From Sulfurospirillum sp. (lineage in GTDB: Bacteria > Campylobacterota > Campylobacteria > Campylobacterales > QNZT01), in assembly GCA_024762875.1 (NCBI GenBank), contig JANTGR010000001.1, positions 1-43,337 on the forward strand: a stretch of DNA of 43,337 nt. The letters run 5' to 3'. The number at the start of each line of letters is the position of its first letter. Position 1 is the first letter of the stretch. The notes under the pieces are model-generated. The model saw nothing but the letters and a program-made list of their open reading frames with translations. It was not told the origin of the DNA and did not search any database. This document shows positions 1 to 10,349 of this stretch, one piece after another. The translations under genes and the position numbers were made by a program.

Positions 1-681
1 TTGATTAAAATGGACAAGTATGTTGATTTGATCATTCCGCGGGGCGGGGAAGGGTTGATCCGTTATGTATCAGAAAATGCAACAGTCTCTGTTGTCAAAC
101 ATGACAAAGGTCTGTGTCATGTCTATATCGATAAAGATGCTGACATTGATAAAGCACTGCCTATCATGATAAATGCCAAATGCCGTCGTGTCGGTATCTG
201 CAATGCCATGGAGACTCTCTTGGTGGATAAAGCGATTGCGACTACGCTGCTTCCAAAAATTGAGGCTGCTTTTGAAAAAGAAGAGACAGAGCTTCGTGGA
301 AGTGCCCAGGTAAAAGAAGTGATTGATATCGAAGCAGCAGAGGAAGAAGACTTTGATACAGAATATCTCGACAATATTCTTTCTATCCATGTTGTAGATG
401 GTGTGGAAGAGGCGATTTCACATATCCAGCGCTATGGTTCTGGACACTCTGAAGCAATTGTGACAGAAAATTATACCTGCGGTGAACTCTTTATGAACAG
501 TATCGATGCGGCATGTGTCTATATCAATGCTTCGACACAGTTTACTGACGGCGGTGAATTTGGTTTTGGTGCAGAAGTGGGTATCAGTACCAACAAACTC
601 CATTCCAGAGGACCGATGGGTATCAATGATCTGACGACCTACAAATACAAGATTTACGGTAATGGACAAGTGCGTTCTTGA
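1..681 (+). CDS. proA: Gamma-glutamyl phosphate reductase, 5'-truncated by window edge
   Basis: Motifs VDLIIPRGGEGL, catalytic CNAMETLL, SGHSEAI, FGFGAEVGIST..LHSRGPMG. Confidence 0.97.
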   Translation: MIKMDKYVDLIIPRGGEGLIRYVSENATVSVVKHDKGLCHVYIDKDADIDKALPIMINAKCRRVGICNAMETLLVDKAIATTLLPKIEAAFEKEETELRGSAQVKEVIDIEAAEEEDFDTEYLDNILSIHVVDGVEEAISHIQRYGSGHSEAIVTENYTCGELFMNSIDAACVYINASTQFTDGGEFGFGAEVGISTNKLHSRGPMGINDLTTYKYKIYGNGQVRS

Positions 682-1265
682 ATATTTTAGAGATCAAAAA
701 TCTAACTTTTGGTTATAAACAGAACCAACTATTGTATGATGATTTTTCACTCTCACTGAAAAAGGGTGAAATTATCTCGATCGTAGGTGAAAGCGGCAGT
801 GGAAAAAGTACACTGTTTGAACTCATCACGGGAGAGCAAATGCCTCTTTTGGGGACGATAGAGAAGTCGCAGATTGCGCAGATCTTTCAAGATCCATACA
901 GCTCTTTTCATCCCTCATTTACAGTACGTGGACAGATAGAAGAAGTAGCTGATACTGCAGATCTGGGGAGTTATCTGAAGAAATTGGATTTAAACCCCTC
1001 ATTGCTGGATAAAAAACCGCATGAACTCAGTGGGGGACAGCTGCAACGCTGTTCTATTTTGCGGGCACTGCTGATGAAACCGGATATTATCCTGGCAGAT
1101 GAACCGACATCGGCACTGGATAACGTTGTGCAGCTTGATGTGATGAAACTATTGGTTGGATTGCTGGATAATGTAGGTATACTGCTTATCACCCATGATG
1201 AAGATCTGGCTGGATGGGCGAGTGACAAAATTGTTAAAATTGGAAACCATCAAGCCATAAATTAA
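678..1265 (+). CDS. ABC transporter ATP-binding protein (short, no adjacent permease)
   Basis: Walker A GESGSGKS, Q-loop IFQDP, signature LSGGQ, Walker B ILADE, H-loop ITHD; TTG start overlaps proA stop. Confidence 0.9.
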   Translation: MNILEIKNLTFGYKQNQLLYDDFSLSLKKGEIISIVGESGSGKSTLFELITGEQMPLLGTIEKSQIAQIFQDPYSSFHPSFTVRGQIEEVADTADLGSYLKKLDLNPSLLDKKPHELSGGQLQRCSILRALLMKPDIILADEPTSALDNVVQLDVMKLLVGLLDNVGILLITHDEDLAGWASDKIVKIGNHQAIN

Positions 1266-1336
1266 ATCTATTGCGAGTTCTGAACAGCCGTTTTACGGCG
1301 CATCCTTAGTGAATAAGTGTATTTGTTCAGAACATT

Positions 1337-2599
1337 CTACTCTTTAAGACGTTTGATTTTGGCACCCAGTTGCTGAAGTTTTTTCTCCAAAGATACATAT
1401 CCACGATCCAAGTGATAGATACGGTGAACTCTTGTTGTCCCGTTGGCAACCAGCGCTGCCAGAACGAGGGCTGAAGAAGCTCTTAGATCTGTTGCCATGA
1501 CATCAGCTCCATTGAGAGAGTGATTGCCCTCAACTGTAGCGATATTGTTGTTCAGTTGAATCACTGCGCCCATACGGGTAAGTTCACTGACATGCATAAA
1601 ACGGTTTTCAAAAAGCCGCTCTTCGATGATAGAAGTACCATCTGCCTGCAGTGCTAAAGCCATAAATTGTGCCTGCATATCTGTTGGAAATCCAGGATAT
1701 TCTGTCGTTGCGATATTGGCATGTAAGATTTTTGCTGAAGGTTTGATGGTGATGCTCTCTTCATGCAGATCAAAATCAAATCCCATCTCTTGGAGTTTGA
1801 GAATAGTGGAAATCAGATGTGAGTGATTTACTTTATTGAGCGTGATTTGAGAGTTGGTAATTGCCCCGGCACATAGATAGGTACCCGCTTCAATACGATC
1901 TGGAATAACCGTAATCTCGGGAATATTGAGTAGTGTTCTGTCACGTCCATGGATGATGAGTTCATCACTGCCTATCCCTTTGATAAGCACACCATGGTCA
2001 TTGAGGATTTCACAAAGTTGCACCACTTCCGGCTCTTTTGCGGCATTGATTATTTTTGTTTCGCCTTTTGCCAGTGCTGCTGCCATGATGATATTTTCAC
2101 TGCCTGTGACAGTGATTTTATCAAAAATAATCGTGGTGCCTTTTAAGCCATCGGGTGCACTTGCGACAACATATCCCTGTTTTATTTCGATATGTGCACC
2201 CATCTGCTCCAATGCTTTAAGATGTAAATCAATGGGTCGCTGTCCGATTGCACATCCCCCCGGCAGTGATACTTCACAATGCCCAAAACGTGTAAGTAAT
2301 GGTCCCAGTGTCAAGATAGAAGCGCGCATTTTACGGACTATGTCATATTTTGCTTCGGTGTTATGCACGGTGGATGCATCTACCGTTGCACAATCATCTT
2401 GATAGGTATACGTAGCACCCAGATTTTCCAATAGGGAGAGCATTGTTTTGATATCAAAAACAGGAGGTAAATTACAGATCTTAACTTCATTTTGGCATAA
2501 AATAGTCAGTGCAAGAATAGGCAAAGCTGCATTTTTCGCCCCTGCAATATCAACCGTTCCTGAAAGTTTGTTTCCGCCTTCTATCTCTAAATAATCCAT
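1337..2599 (-). CDS. murA: UDP-N-acetylglucosamine 1-carboxyvinyltransferase
   Basis: [23 protein letters not shown] (catalytic Cys), [17 protein letters not shown]. Confidence 0.98.
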   Translation of the reverse strand: MDYLEIEGGNKLSGTVDIAGAKNAALPILALTILCQNEVKICNLPPVFDIKTMLSLLENLGATYTYQDDCATVDASTVHNTEAKYDIVRKMRASILTLGPLLTRFGHCEVSLPGGCAIGQRPIDLHLKALEQMGAHIEIKQGYVVASAPDGLKGTTIIFDKITVTGSENIIMAAALAKGETKIINAAKEPEVVQLCEILNDHGVLIKGIGSDELIIHGRDRTLLNIPEITVIPDRIEAGTYLCAGAITNSQITLNKVNHSHLISTILKLQEMGFDFDLHEESITIKPSAKILHANIATTEYPGFPTDMQAQFMALALQADGTSIIEERLFENRFMHVSELTRMGAVIQLNNNIATVEGNHSLNGADVMATDLRASSALVLAALVANGTTRVHRIYHLDRGYVSLEKKLQQLGAKIKRLKE

Positions 2600-2767
2600 G
2601 ATGTTCCTTAGCTAAGTTAGGTAGATTATAGCTAGAAAAAGATTTAAAGAAGGTATAAAAATTGAAGTTATCATGATAGAAGAAATAAAAGAAGTAAAGT
2701 TAAAAATAATACTGGCTGTTTGAAAGTTAAGGGCGGTTTATCTGCCCGCAAGCCCTACGCTGAGTAG

Positions 2768-2796
2768 TGATTTAAGAGGCTTTGCCTCTAAAATCA
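2768..2796. terminator. Stem-loop just downstream of tRNA-Leu, probable terminator
   Basis: TGATTTAAGAGGC-TTT-GCCTCTAAAATCA, 13-bp stem with one mismatch. Confidence 0.6.
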
Positions 2797-2803
2797 ATTA
2801 AGA

Positions 2804-2890
2804 TGGTACCGAGGGCCGGACTCGAACCGGCACGGTATTGCTACCATCGGATTTTGAATCCGACGCGTCTACCAGTTTCACCACCCCGGC
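2804..2890 (-). tRNA. tRNA-Leu (anticodon CAA)
   Basis: Reverse complement GCCGGGGTGGTGAAACTGGTAGACGCGTCGGATTCAAAATCCGATGGTAGCAATACCGTGCCGGTTCGAGTCCGGCCCTCGGTACCA: 87 nt, long variable arm, GGTTCGA T-loop, encoded CCA. Confidence 0.97.
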
Positions 2891-2894
2891 ATTT

Positions 2895-2930
2895 TAAAGC
2901 TGAGGCGATATTATATCGCACAAAGCTTTA
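2895..2930 (-). promoter_or_regulatory. tRNA-Leu sigma70 -10 box embedded in a hairpin downstream of hup
   Basis: Minus-strand TATAAT at 2910-2915 inside the dyad GCGATAT-T-ATATCGC, with outer arms TAAAGCT/AGCTTTA. Confidence 0.55.
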
Positions 2931-2937
2931 ATGAATA

Positions 2938-3216
2938 TTATTTTCCAGCTACAGCTTCTTTAAGTTGTTTACCAACTTTGAATTTTACAGCAGTAGTTGC
3001 AGGAACTTCAACAACTTTTGTTGTACCTGGAACTCTAGCAGTTCTTGCAGCTCTTTCAGAAGTTGAGAATGTTCCAAACCCGATAAAACTAACGCTTTTT
3101 TTAGCAACTAATGCTTCTTCGATAGTTGCAAGTACTGCATCTACTACGCTTGAAGTATCTTTTTTAGACAAACCTGTTTTTGAAGCTACTGCATCAATAA
3201 ATTCTGCTTTTTTCAT
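2938..3216 (-). CDS. hup: DNA-binding protein HU (92 aa)
   Basis: MKKAEFIDAVA...FIGFGTFS..ERAARTARVPGT...VKFKVGKQLK; true ATG at 3216 with GGAG RBS, ORF track start is over-extended. Confidence 0.96.
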   Translation of the reverse strand: MKKAEFIDAVASKTGLSKKDTSSVVDAVLATIEEALVAKKSVSFIGFGTFSTSERAARTARVPGTTKVVEVPATTAVKFKVGKQLKEAVAGK

Positions 3217-3335
3217 AATTGAAAATCTCCTCTTTTTTTGTGTACTCTTGTGTAAGAAGTAAAAATAATACACAATTTTTCTTAAAATTAAAACAATTTT
3301 GCATTTATTGTCAAAAAATAGTGCAAAAAGAGCCA

Positions 3336-3349
3336 AAATAGCCGATATT
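3336..3349 (+). promoter_or_regulatory. Probable sigma28 (FliA) -10 element upstream of flgL
   Basis: GCCGATAT at 3341-3348; -35 TAAA not canonical; same 14-mer AAATAGCCGATATT at 24910-24923. Confidence 0.55.
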
Positions 3350-3377
3350 GTTTGTAGAAATTCCTTTATAAGGAGAA

Positions 3378-5252
3378 ATGATGCGTGTATTGCAGAGTGG
3401 GATTTATAACAATTTTTTACAAGATCAGGCAAGCGCCAAAGAAAAAATAGATTCTTTGACAAGTCAGATATCATCAGGAAAGAAGATTCAAAACGCTTAT
3501 GAAGATAGTTCTGTCTATATTGATACCTTGAGACTGGATAGTGAAATCAACTCTTTTCAGGGCATCCAAAATCGTACAGAGAAATCAAAAGTCATTACTG
3601 ACTCCAGTGATACAGCGATGAATGATATGGATGTGACACTGATTGATTTTAAGACCAAACTGATTCAGGCAGCCAATGGCACGATGAATGAAGATAATTT
3701 AAGAAGCAGTGCCCAAGAATTGAAACAGATGAAAGAGCACCTGATGACACTGGCAAACAGTTCAATTAATGGTGAGTATCTTTTTTCAGGAACAGCAGTC
3801 AATGTAAAACCTATCGATGAGCTGGGCCATTATCATGGTAATGATAAACCACTAATGACGCAGATATCCGAGAGTGCTACAGCGCCTTACAGTGTAGATG
3901 GAAAATCTCTTTTTATGACTTTTGATGAAAATATCAAAAAATCAGTCAGTACCAATGTCCATCTGCAAAATCAAACAACAGCTGATACAATAAAAAGTGA
4001 TGATACCGTTTATGATTTGCTGGGCAATCATGCTGATGGATACTTTTATCTTGCAGGTGTAAAACATGATGGAGAAGCTTTTAAGTCTAAAATAGCATTG
4101 CCTGAAACGGACAAAATGACAGATCTCTTAGGCAAAATAGAAGATGCCTATGGAGCGGGAACTGTTGTTGCTTCATTGAGTGATGATGGCACTATCATGA
4201 TAGATGACCTGCAGTCTGGAAACAGTAAACTTGATTTTCAAATGACAGCTTCCAATGTTGACAACAATGACTTAAGTGCGATAGCTTCAGGTGATAAAAT
4301 AGCTTTTACCACAACAACAGAGGCAGTTGATGATCGTGCTTCATTTAACAAAAAAGGAAATATTTTAACAGGCAATGTCCCGCTTTTGGCAGATGACGGG
4401 TTTGCTGCCAAAAGTACAAAATTGCGTGATATCGCAGCGCAATCTCTTGATGGAAAACAGTTTTCGATGGATATCACCACTGTCAATGGCACAAATAAAA
4501 CGATACAATTGGATCTCTCTGCTCAATCCTCTTTTACAGTTGACGGCTATAGTTATCATATCTTCAATGCTGATGATACTGCACCGGTCAATACAGATGC
4601 TGATACTATGACACTGGGACAGTTGGATAATGTTATCGCGATGGTGATGTCTGAGACACTGCCGGCTAGTGATGACAAAGCAGGATTTGACACAGCTGTA
4701 AAGGATGCAAAAAATTTGGTTGATGTGGGAATCAACAGCAATGGCGAAATACAGATAGAGGATAAAAGTGGTTTCAATAATGCTATAGCATTTTCACTCT
4801 ATGATCAGGATACCAATGACTACAGCGTCAGCAGCGGTTCACTCTCTTTTATGGGAAACAGTGCTGTTGTGGTCGAGAATCCAAAGATAGATTTTTTTAA
4901 AGATCTGGATACGATTATCGAAGCAGTTGAAGGCAGTATAACCGGTATCAATGCCTCAGGAGTCAATCCCAAAAATCCGGGATTGCAAAGTGCGCTTGCC
5001 AGAATTGACACTTTAAGTAATCATATCTCAAAGATGCACACAAAAATTGGTGCTATGTCAAACAACCTGCAAGCTGCCAATGAAAGAGCCAGTACACTGG
5101 AGTTGAATGTCACAGCCTTGAAATCCAAAGTGGCAGACGTAGATGTCGCTGAAGCAGTGGTACAGTATCAGCAGGTTTCACTAAACTATCAGGCCATGAT
5201 GTCAACAATAGCAAAGGTCAATTCGCTAACTCTTTTAAATTATTTGAAATAA
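3378..5252 (+). CDS. flgL: Flagellar hook-associated protein 3 (hook-filament junction)
   Basis: Flagellin-like N-terminus (QISSGKKIQNAYEDS, LANSSINGEYLFSG) and C-terminus (DVDVAEA...YQAMMSTIAKVNSLTLLNYL); flgL-ftsK order as in Campylobacter. Confidence 0.93.
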   Translation: MMRVLQSGIYNNFLQDQASAKEKIDSLTSQISSGKKIQNAYEDSSVYIDTLRLDSEINSFQGIQNRTEKSKVITDSSDTAMNDMDVTLIDFKTKLIQAANGTMNEDNLRSSAQELKQMKEHLMTLANSSINGEYLFSGTAVNVKPIDELGHYHGNDKPLMTQISESATAPYSVDGKSLFMTFDENIKKSVSTNVHLQNQTTADTIKSDDTVYDLLGNHADGYFYLAGVKHDGEAFKSKIALPETDKMTDLLGKIEDAYGAGTVVASLSDDGTIMIDDLQSGNSKLDFQMTASNVDNNDLSAIASGDKIAFTTTTEAVDDRASFNKKGNILTGNVPLLADDGFAAKSTKLRDIAAQSLDGKQFSMDITTVNGTNKTIQLDLSAQSSFTVDGYSYHIFNADDTAPVNTDADTMTLGQLDNVIAMVMSETLPASDDKAGFDTAVKDAKNLVDVGINSNGEIQIEDKSGFNNAIAFSLYDQDTNDYSVSSGSLSFMGNSAVVVENPKIDFFKDLDTIIEAVEGSITGINASGVNPKNPGLQSALARIDTLSNHISKMHTKIGAMSNNLQAANERASTLELNVTALKSKVADVDVAEAVVQYQQVSLNYQAMMSTIAKVNSLTLLNYLK

Positions 5253-5303
5253 ATTTACCTATCTTTAGATATAATTTTTAACATATCATCTAAAGGTTAT
5301 ATT

Positions 5304-7625
5304 ATTTTAAGAGAGTTATTATTTATTTTTGCTGTATTTGTACTGCTTTTTTTGGGGATTTCTACGGTCTTTCCAGATGCACCTATGGTGGGAGCGCTGG
5401 GAACGGCATTTGGGCACTTCAATAGAAACTATTTTGGGCTCATAGGCTTTTTGTATCCATTTTTATTGATTTTTCCTGCTTATTTGATTTATAAAGATAA
5501 TCGCTTGAGTCATGAACTTTCAAAGTTTATGCTGCTTGGACTCTTGATGTTTTTTTCTTTACTGCTGTTTCAGGCAAAATTATTTGATCCTCCGTTTCAG
5601 GGCTCTATCGGCTATGGTACGGTGAGTTTTTTGGATGATTTTATAGGCAATATCGGGATATGGCTTTTTATCATCTCTACACTCTTTCTCTCTGTCACGC
5701 TGATGCTGAATGCTACGATCGAAGATATATCAACATCGATTGTATTAAAGGAGTATTTTGGCGCCTTAAAAGCAAAAGTAAATGCTTTTTTGTTTCCTCA
5801 GGAACAGGATTACATTGATGTTGAGAGTGAAGACTATTATCATGATAAAGATGAAAACCGTTTTGATAAAAACCGCCTGCCAAAAAGTATTCCGATGCAG
5901 GAGATTCCAGATGAAAACCTGGATGATGAAGCTTTGGGGCTGGAGACCATCTCTGATATTTCATCACTATTGCATACAAAAGAGCAGCCAGCACAAAAGC
6001 AGTCTAAACGCGTAGTACCGCTTCCTTTTGAAGAAGATGATGCCAAGCCGCTGGAATTGTTGCAGCAAGAGAGTGCATCACTGCAGAAAGACGTTGTCAA
6101 TCATAGACCCCAAAAACAAACACCAGTGAAGAAAAAACCAACAACCATTGTCAAAGAACTGGAAGAGAATAAAGCACTGCTGCAAAAGCAGATTGATACC
6201 GGTAAAACCAAAAAACCAAAAAATTTTAAATTACCGTATCTTGATTTTTTAAAGTCTGTACCTAAAAGAAAGACACATCATATCGATGAAAGTGAAATCG
6301 ATCAAAAGATTATAGATTTACTGGATAAACTCAAACAGTTTAAAATTGAAGGCGATGTTGTTCGGACGTATTCCGGTCCTGTTGTGACCACTTTTGAATT
6401 CAGACCGGCAGCACATATCAAAGTCTCCAAAATTTTAACCCTGCAAGATGATCTGGCGATGGCCCTAAAAGCTGAAACGATACGTATTCAAGCACCAATC
6501 CCGGGAAAAGATGTAGTGGGGATTGAGATTCCCAACAAAGAGAGTGAAACGATTTATCTTAAGGAGATTTTAGACAGTAAACTGTTTAAAAGTGCTTCTT
6601 CTCCACTGACTTTGGCAGTGGGCAAAGATATCGTGGGCAATCCTTTTATCACCGATTTGAAAAAATTGCCGCATTTACTGATTGCCGGTACAACAGGTTC
6701 AGGTAAGTCAGTAGGGGTAAATGCTATGTTGGTTTCATTGCTCTATCGCAATTCTCCAGATCAATTGAAGTTATTGATGATTGATCCAAAGATGCTGGAA
6801 TTTTCAATTTATAATGATATACCCCATCTTTTAACACCTGTTATCACACAGCCAAAACAAGCGATTGTAGCATTGGCAAATATGGTTGTTGAGATGGAAA
6901 AACGCTATAAATTGATGAGTAAAACAAAGACCAAAAATATTGAAAACTACAATGAAAAAGCGAAAAAAGAGGGTAGGGAAGAATTCCCTTATATCGTAAT
7001 CATTATCGATGAGCTGGCAGATTTGATGATGACGAGTGGCAAAGATGTAGAATTTTATATCGCACGTCTTGCCCAAATGGCACGGGCAAGCGGTATCCAT
7101 CTCATCGTCGCCACACAAAGACCTTCTGTTGATGTTGTGACCGGGCTGATTAAAGCAAATCTTCCCAGCCGTATCTCTTTTAAAGTCGGTCAGAAAATAG
7201 ACTCTAAAATCATTTTGGATGCACAGGGTGCAGAATCACTCTTGGGTCGAGGTGATATGCTTTTTACACCTCCTGGAACCTCAAGTATCATCAGGCTGCA
7301 TGCACCGTTTGTGACAGAAGAAGAGATTGAATCAATTGTTGAATTTTTGAAAGTACAAAGAGAAGTTGTGTATGATCCTTCTTTTTTAAGTGAAGTGAAT
7401 CCTGACGGATCTGTTGTGAGCACGACCAATGGTGGAAATGGAGATTTTGATGAACTTTTTGAAGAAGCTAAAAATGTAGTGTTGACAGATAAAAAAACTT
7501 CTATATCCTATTTGCAAAGGCGATTACAAATAGGATATAACCGTTCTGCAACCATTGTAGAACAGTTGGAAATGGCCGGTGTTCTTTCTGCTCCAAATGC
7601 AAAAGGACAAAGAGAGATACTGTAA
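5304..7625 (+). CDS. ftsK: DNA translocase FtsK (start probably ATT at 5304; first TTG at 5352)
   Basis: N-terminal TM helices, PHLLIAGTTGSGKS Walker A, IIIDELADLMM, ATQRPSVDV, gamma domain SISYLQRRLQIGYNR. Confidence 0.95.
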   Translation: MLRELLFIFAVFVLLFLGISTVFPDAPMVGALGTAFGHFNRNYFGLIGFLYPFLLIFPAYLIYKDNRLSHELSKFMLLGLLMFFSLLLFQAKLFDPPFQGSIGYGTVSFLDDFIGNIGIWLFIISTLFLSVTLMLNATIEDISTSIVLKEYFGALKAKVNAFLFPQEQDYIDVESEDYYHDKDENRFDKNRLPKSIPMQEIPDENLDDEALGLETISDISSLLHTKEQPAQKQSKRVVPLPFEEDDAKPLELLQQESASLQKDVVNHRPQKQTPVKKKPTTIVKELEENKALLQKQIDTGKTKKPKNFKLPYLDFLKSVPKRKTHHIDESEIDQKIIDLLDKLKQFKIEGDVVRTYSGPVVTTFEFRPAAHIKVSKILTLQDDLAMALKAETIRIQAPIPGKDVVGIEIPNKESETIYLKEILDSKLFKSASSPLTLAVGKDIVGNPFITDLKKLPHLLIAGTTGSGKSVGVNAMLVSLLYRNSPDQLKLLMIDPKMLEFSIYNDIPHLLTPVITQPKQAIVALANMVVEMEKRYKLMSKTKTKNIENYNEKAKKEGREEFPYIVIIIDELADLMMTSGKDVEFYIARLAQMARASGIHLIVATQRPSVDVVTGLIKANLPSRISFKVGQKIDSKIILDAQGAESLLGRGDMLFTPPGTSSIIRLHAPFVTEEEIESIVEFLKVQREVVYDPSFLSEVNPDGSVVSTTNGGNGDFDELFEEAKNVVLTDKKTSISYLQRRLQIGYNRSATIVEQLEMAGVLSAPNAKGQREIL

Positions 7626-7630
7626 CGATA

Positions 7631-7667
7631 TGAAACATTGTTATTTTTTAAGTGTTACATATAGTAA
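7631..7667. promoter_or_regulatory. Putative transcription-factor site upstream of acnB
   Basis: TGAAACA-N15-TGTTACA dyad; 30/37 ungapped identity to 11397-11433 upstream of icd. Confidence 0.6.
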
Positions 7668-7730
7668 CTTTTAAACTATCATGATAGCATTATAAAGTAA
7701 AATTAAACGATAAACTTATAGGAGAATTTA

Positions 7731-10301
7731 ATGGCATTAATTGAAGAATATAAACAACATACAAATGAGAGAGCTGCGCTGGGTGTACCGCCCTTGGCAT
7801 TAACATCTGCACAAACAGCAGAATTGGTAGAATTGCTGAAAGCTGACAAGATTGAAGAGTCTGACTATCTTTTGGATTTGTTGAAAAATCATGTTCCTGC
7901 CGGCGTGGATGATGCAGCATATGTCAAAGCAGCATTTTTAAATGCCATTGTGCAGGCAGATGCAACGTGTCATGTTATAGACAAAGTAGATGCAATCAAA
8001 ATTTTGGGGAAAATGTTAGGGGGGTTTAATGTTGGACCTTTGGTAGAAGCCTTAAAAAGTGAACATGTAGAGGTAGCACAGGCTGCTGCTGACGAATTGA
8101 AAAATACTATTTTGGTATATGACTCTTTTAACCAGGTGAAAGATTTGATGGATGAAGGTAATGCTTTTGCCAAAGAAGTGGTAGAATCCTGGGCTAATGG
8201 AGAATGGTTTACGAACAAACCGGCGCTGGAAGAAGCAATCACCGTCACTGTCTATAAGATTCCTGGTGAAACCAATACAGATGATTTATCACCGGCATCT
8301 GAAGCATTTACACGAGCAGATATTCCACTGCATGCCAACTCATTTTTGCAGTCAAGAATGGAAAAACCATTGGAGACAATGGCACAATTGAAAGAAAAAG
8401 GGCATCCTTTAGCGTATGTGGGTGATGTTGTAGGAACAGGAAGTTCCAGAAAATCAGGAATCAACTCTGTACAATGGCATATGGGTCATGATATCCCGGG
8501 TATTCCTGGGAAACGAACAGGCGGTGTCGTTATCGGTGATATTATCGCGCCTATCTTTTTCAATACAGCAGAAGATTCGGGCTGTCTTCCTATTCAGGCA
8601 CCAGTAGCAGAGCTTGAAACAGGAGATGTTATCACTATCAAACCTTATGCAGGTGTCATTGAAAAAAATGGGACGGTTGTTTCAGAATTTTCACTAGAAC
8701 CAAATACCTTGCCTGATGAGATGAGAGCAGGGGGAAGAATACCACTCATCATCGGTAAAGGTTTGACTGCAAAAGCACGACAAGCGCTGGGAATGGATGC
8801 TGGCGATATATTCATGACGCCGGCACAACCTGCTGATAATGGCAAAGGATTTACATTAGCACAAAAAATGGTTGGTAAAGCCTGTGGTATGGAAGGCGTT
8901 AAACCGGGTGTTTATTGTGAACCGGTGGCTACCACTGTGGGGAGTCAGGATACGACTGGTCCTATGACAAGAGATGAGATCAAAGAGCTGGCTGCATTGA
9001 ATTTTGGAGCTGATTTTGTATTGCAGTCATTTTGTCATACCGCGGCTTATCCAAAACCTGCAGATATAGACTTGCAGCACACACTGCCTAAATTTTGGAC
9101 AGAAAGAAAAGGTTTTATTCTGCGACCGGGTGACGGTGTCATCCACTCATGGCTCAATAGAATGTGTCTCCCTGATACTGTAGGAACAGGCGGGGATTCT
9201 CACACCAGATTTCCAATCGGTATCTCTTTTCCTGCGGGATCAGGGCTGGTAGCATTTGCTGGTGTTACTGGAATGATGCCGTTAACGATGCCAGAATCAG
9301 TATTGGTACGATTCAAAGGTGAAATGCAGCCAGGTATTACACTGCGTGATATGGTCAATGCAATTCCGCATCAGGCAATCAAAGATGGTCTATTGACCGT
9401 TGAGAAAAAAGGAAAGAAAAATATCTTTGCAGGCCGTGTTCTTGAAATCGAAGGCTTAGAAGATTTAAAATGTGAGCAAGCCTTTGAATTGACAGATGCT
9501 TCTGCAGAACGTTCTGCTGCTGCCTGTACGGTAAAACTGAATAAAGAGCCGATTGCTGAGTATCTTGAGTCCAATATTGTGCTGATTGAAGAGTTGATTG
9601 CACAAGGATATGAAGATGCAGCAACATTGCAGCGACGTGCTGACAAGATGAAAGAATGGTTGGAAAATCCAGTATTGATGGAAGCTGACAGTGATGCAGA
9701 ATATGCAGCAGTCATTGAAATTGATATGAATGAAATCAAAGAACCAATTCTTGCTTGTCCAAATGACCCAGATGATGTGAAAACATTGACAGAAATTCAT
9801 GAAGCAGGATTAAGAACTGAAATAGATGAAGTATTTGTTGGTTCCTGTATGACCAATATCGGTCTTTTCCGTGCATTGGGTGAAGTGCTCAGAGGAGAAG
9901 GTCCGGTACCTGCCAAATTATGGGTATGTCCTCCAACAAAAATGGATGAGAAAACACTGCAAGAAGAGGGATACTATGCTGTATTTGGCACCGCTGGGGC
10001 AAGAACGGAGATTCCGGGATGTTCACTCTGTATGGGGAACCAGGCATCAGTTGGTCAAGGTGCATGGGTATTTTCAACTTCTACCAGAAACTTTGACAAT
10101 AGACTTGGAAAAGATTCACAAGTTTATCTAGGTTCTGCAGAACTGGCTGCTGTTGTAGCACTAAAAGGTAAATTACCAACAGCCGCAGAATATATGGAAA
10201 TCGTACCAAATAAGATCAAACCAGAAATGACTGATGAAGTGTATCGATATCTGAACTTCAATAAAGTCTCAAAAGACAATTTGGTTGCAATGGTTGAATA
10301 A
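7731..10301 (+). CDS. acnB: Aconitate hydratase B
   Basis: AcnB N-terminal HEAT-like domain, [43 protein letters not shown]. Confidence 0.98.
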   Translation: MALIEEYKQHTNERAALGVPPLALTSAQTAELVELLKADKIEESDYLLDLLKNHVPAGVDDAAYVKAAFLNAIVQADATCHVIDKVDAIKILGKMLGGFNVGPLVEALKSEHVEVAQAAADELKNTILVYDSFNQVKDLMDEGNAFAKEVVESWANGEWFTNKPALEEAITVTVYKIPGETNTDDLSPASEAFTRADIPLHANSFLQSRMEKPLETMAQLKEKGHPLAYVGDVVGTGSSRKSGINSVQWHMGHDIPGIPGKRTGGVVIGDIIAPIFFNTAEDSGCLPIQAPVAELETGDVITIKPYAGVIEKNGTVVSEFSLEPNTLPDEMRAGGRIPLIIGKGLTAKARQALGMDAGDIFMTPAQPADNGKGFTLAQKMVGKACGMEGVKPGVYCEPVATTVGSQDTTGPMTRDEIKELAALNFGADFVLQSFCHTAAYPKPADIDLQHTLPKFWTERKGFILRPGDGVIHSWLNRMCLPDTVGTGGDSHTRFPIGISFPAGSGLVAFAGVTGMMPLTMPESVLVRFKGEMQPGITLRDMVNAIPHQAIKDGLLTVEKKGKKNIFAGRVLEIEGLEDLKCEQAFELTDASAERSAAACTVKLNKEPIAEYLESNIVLIEELIAQGYEDAATLQRRADKMKEWLENPVLMEADSDAEYAAVIEIDMNEIKEPILACPNDPDDVKTLTEIHEAGLRTEIDEVFVGSCMTNIGLFRALGEVLRGEGPVPAKLWVCPPTKMDEKTLQEEGYYAVFGTAGARTEIPGCSLCMGNQASVGQGAWVFSTSTRNFDNRLGKDSQVYLGSAELAAVVALKGKLPTAAEYMEIVPNKIKPEMTDEVYRYLNFNKVSKDNLVAMVE

Positions 10302-10303
10302 GC

Positions 10304-10334
10304 AAAGAGAGCAAGTAATACTTGCTCTCTTTTT
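10304..10334 (+). terminator. Intrinsic terminator of acnB
   Basis: AAAGAGAGCAAGTA-A-TACTTGCTCTCTTT then T run. Confidence 0.85.
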
Positions 10335-10349
10335 ATCAAAATGTATATT

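Noticed and set aside
2600-2890. tRNA-Leu as an integration site for an island or prophage
   Set aside because: No integrase, no duplicated tRNA 3' end seen, and both flanks are housekeeping genes.
3217-3474. 86-aa N-terminal extension on HU in the ORF track
   Set aside because: Overlaps the flgL start and promoter; the ATG at 3216 has an RBS and gives a normal 92-aa HU.
3900-4860. Large central insertion in FlgL as a novelty
   Set aside because: Long FlgL proteins with variable central domains are normal in Campylobacterota.
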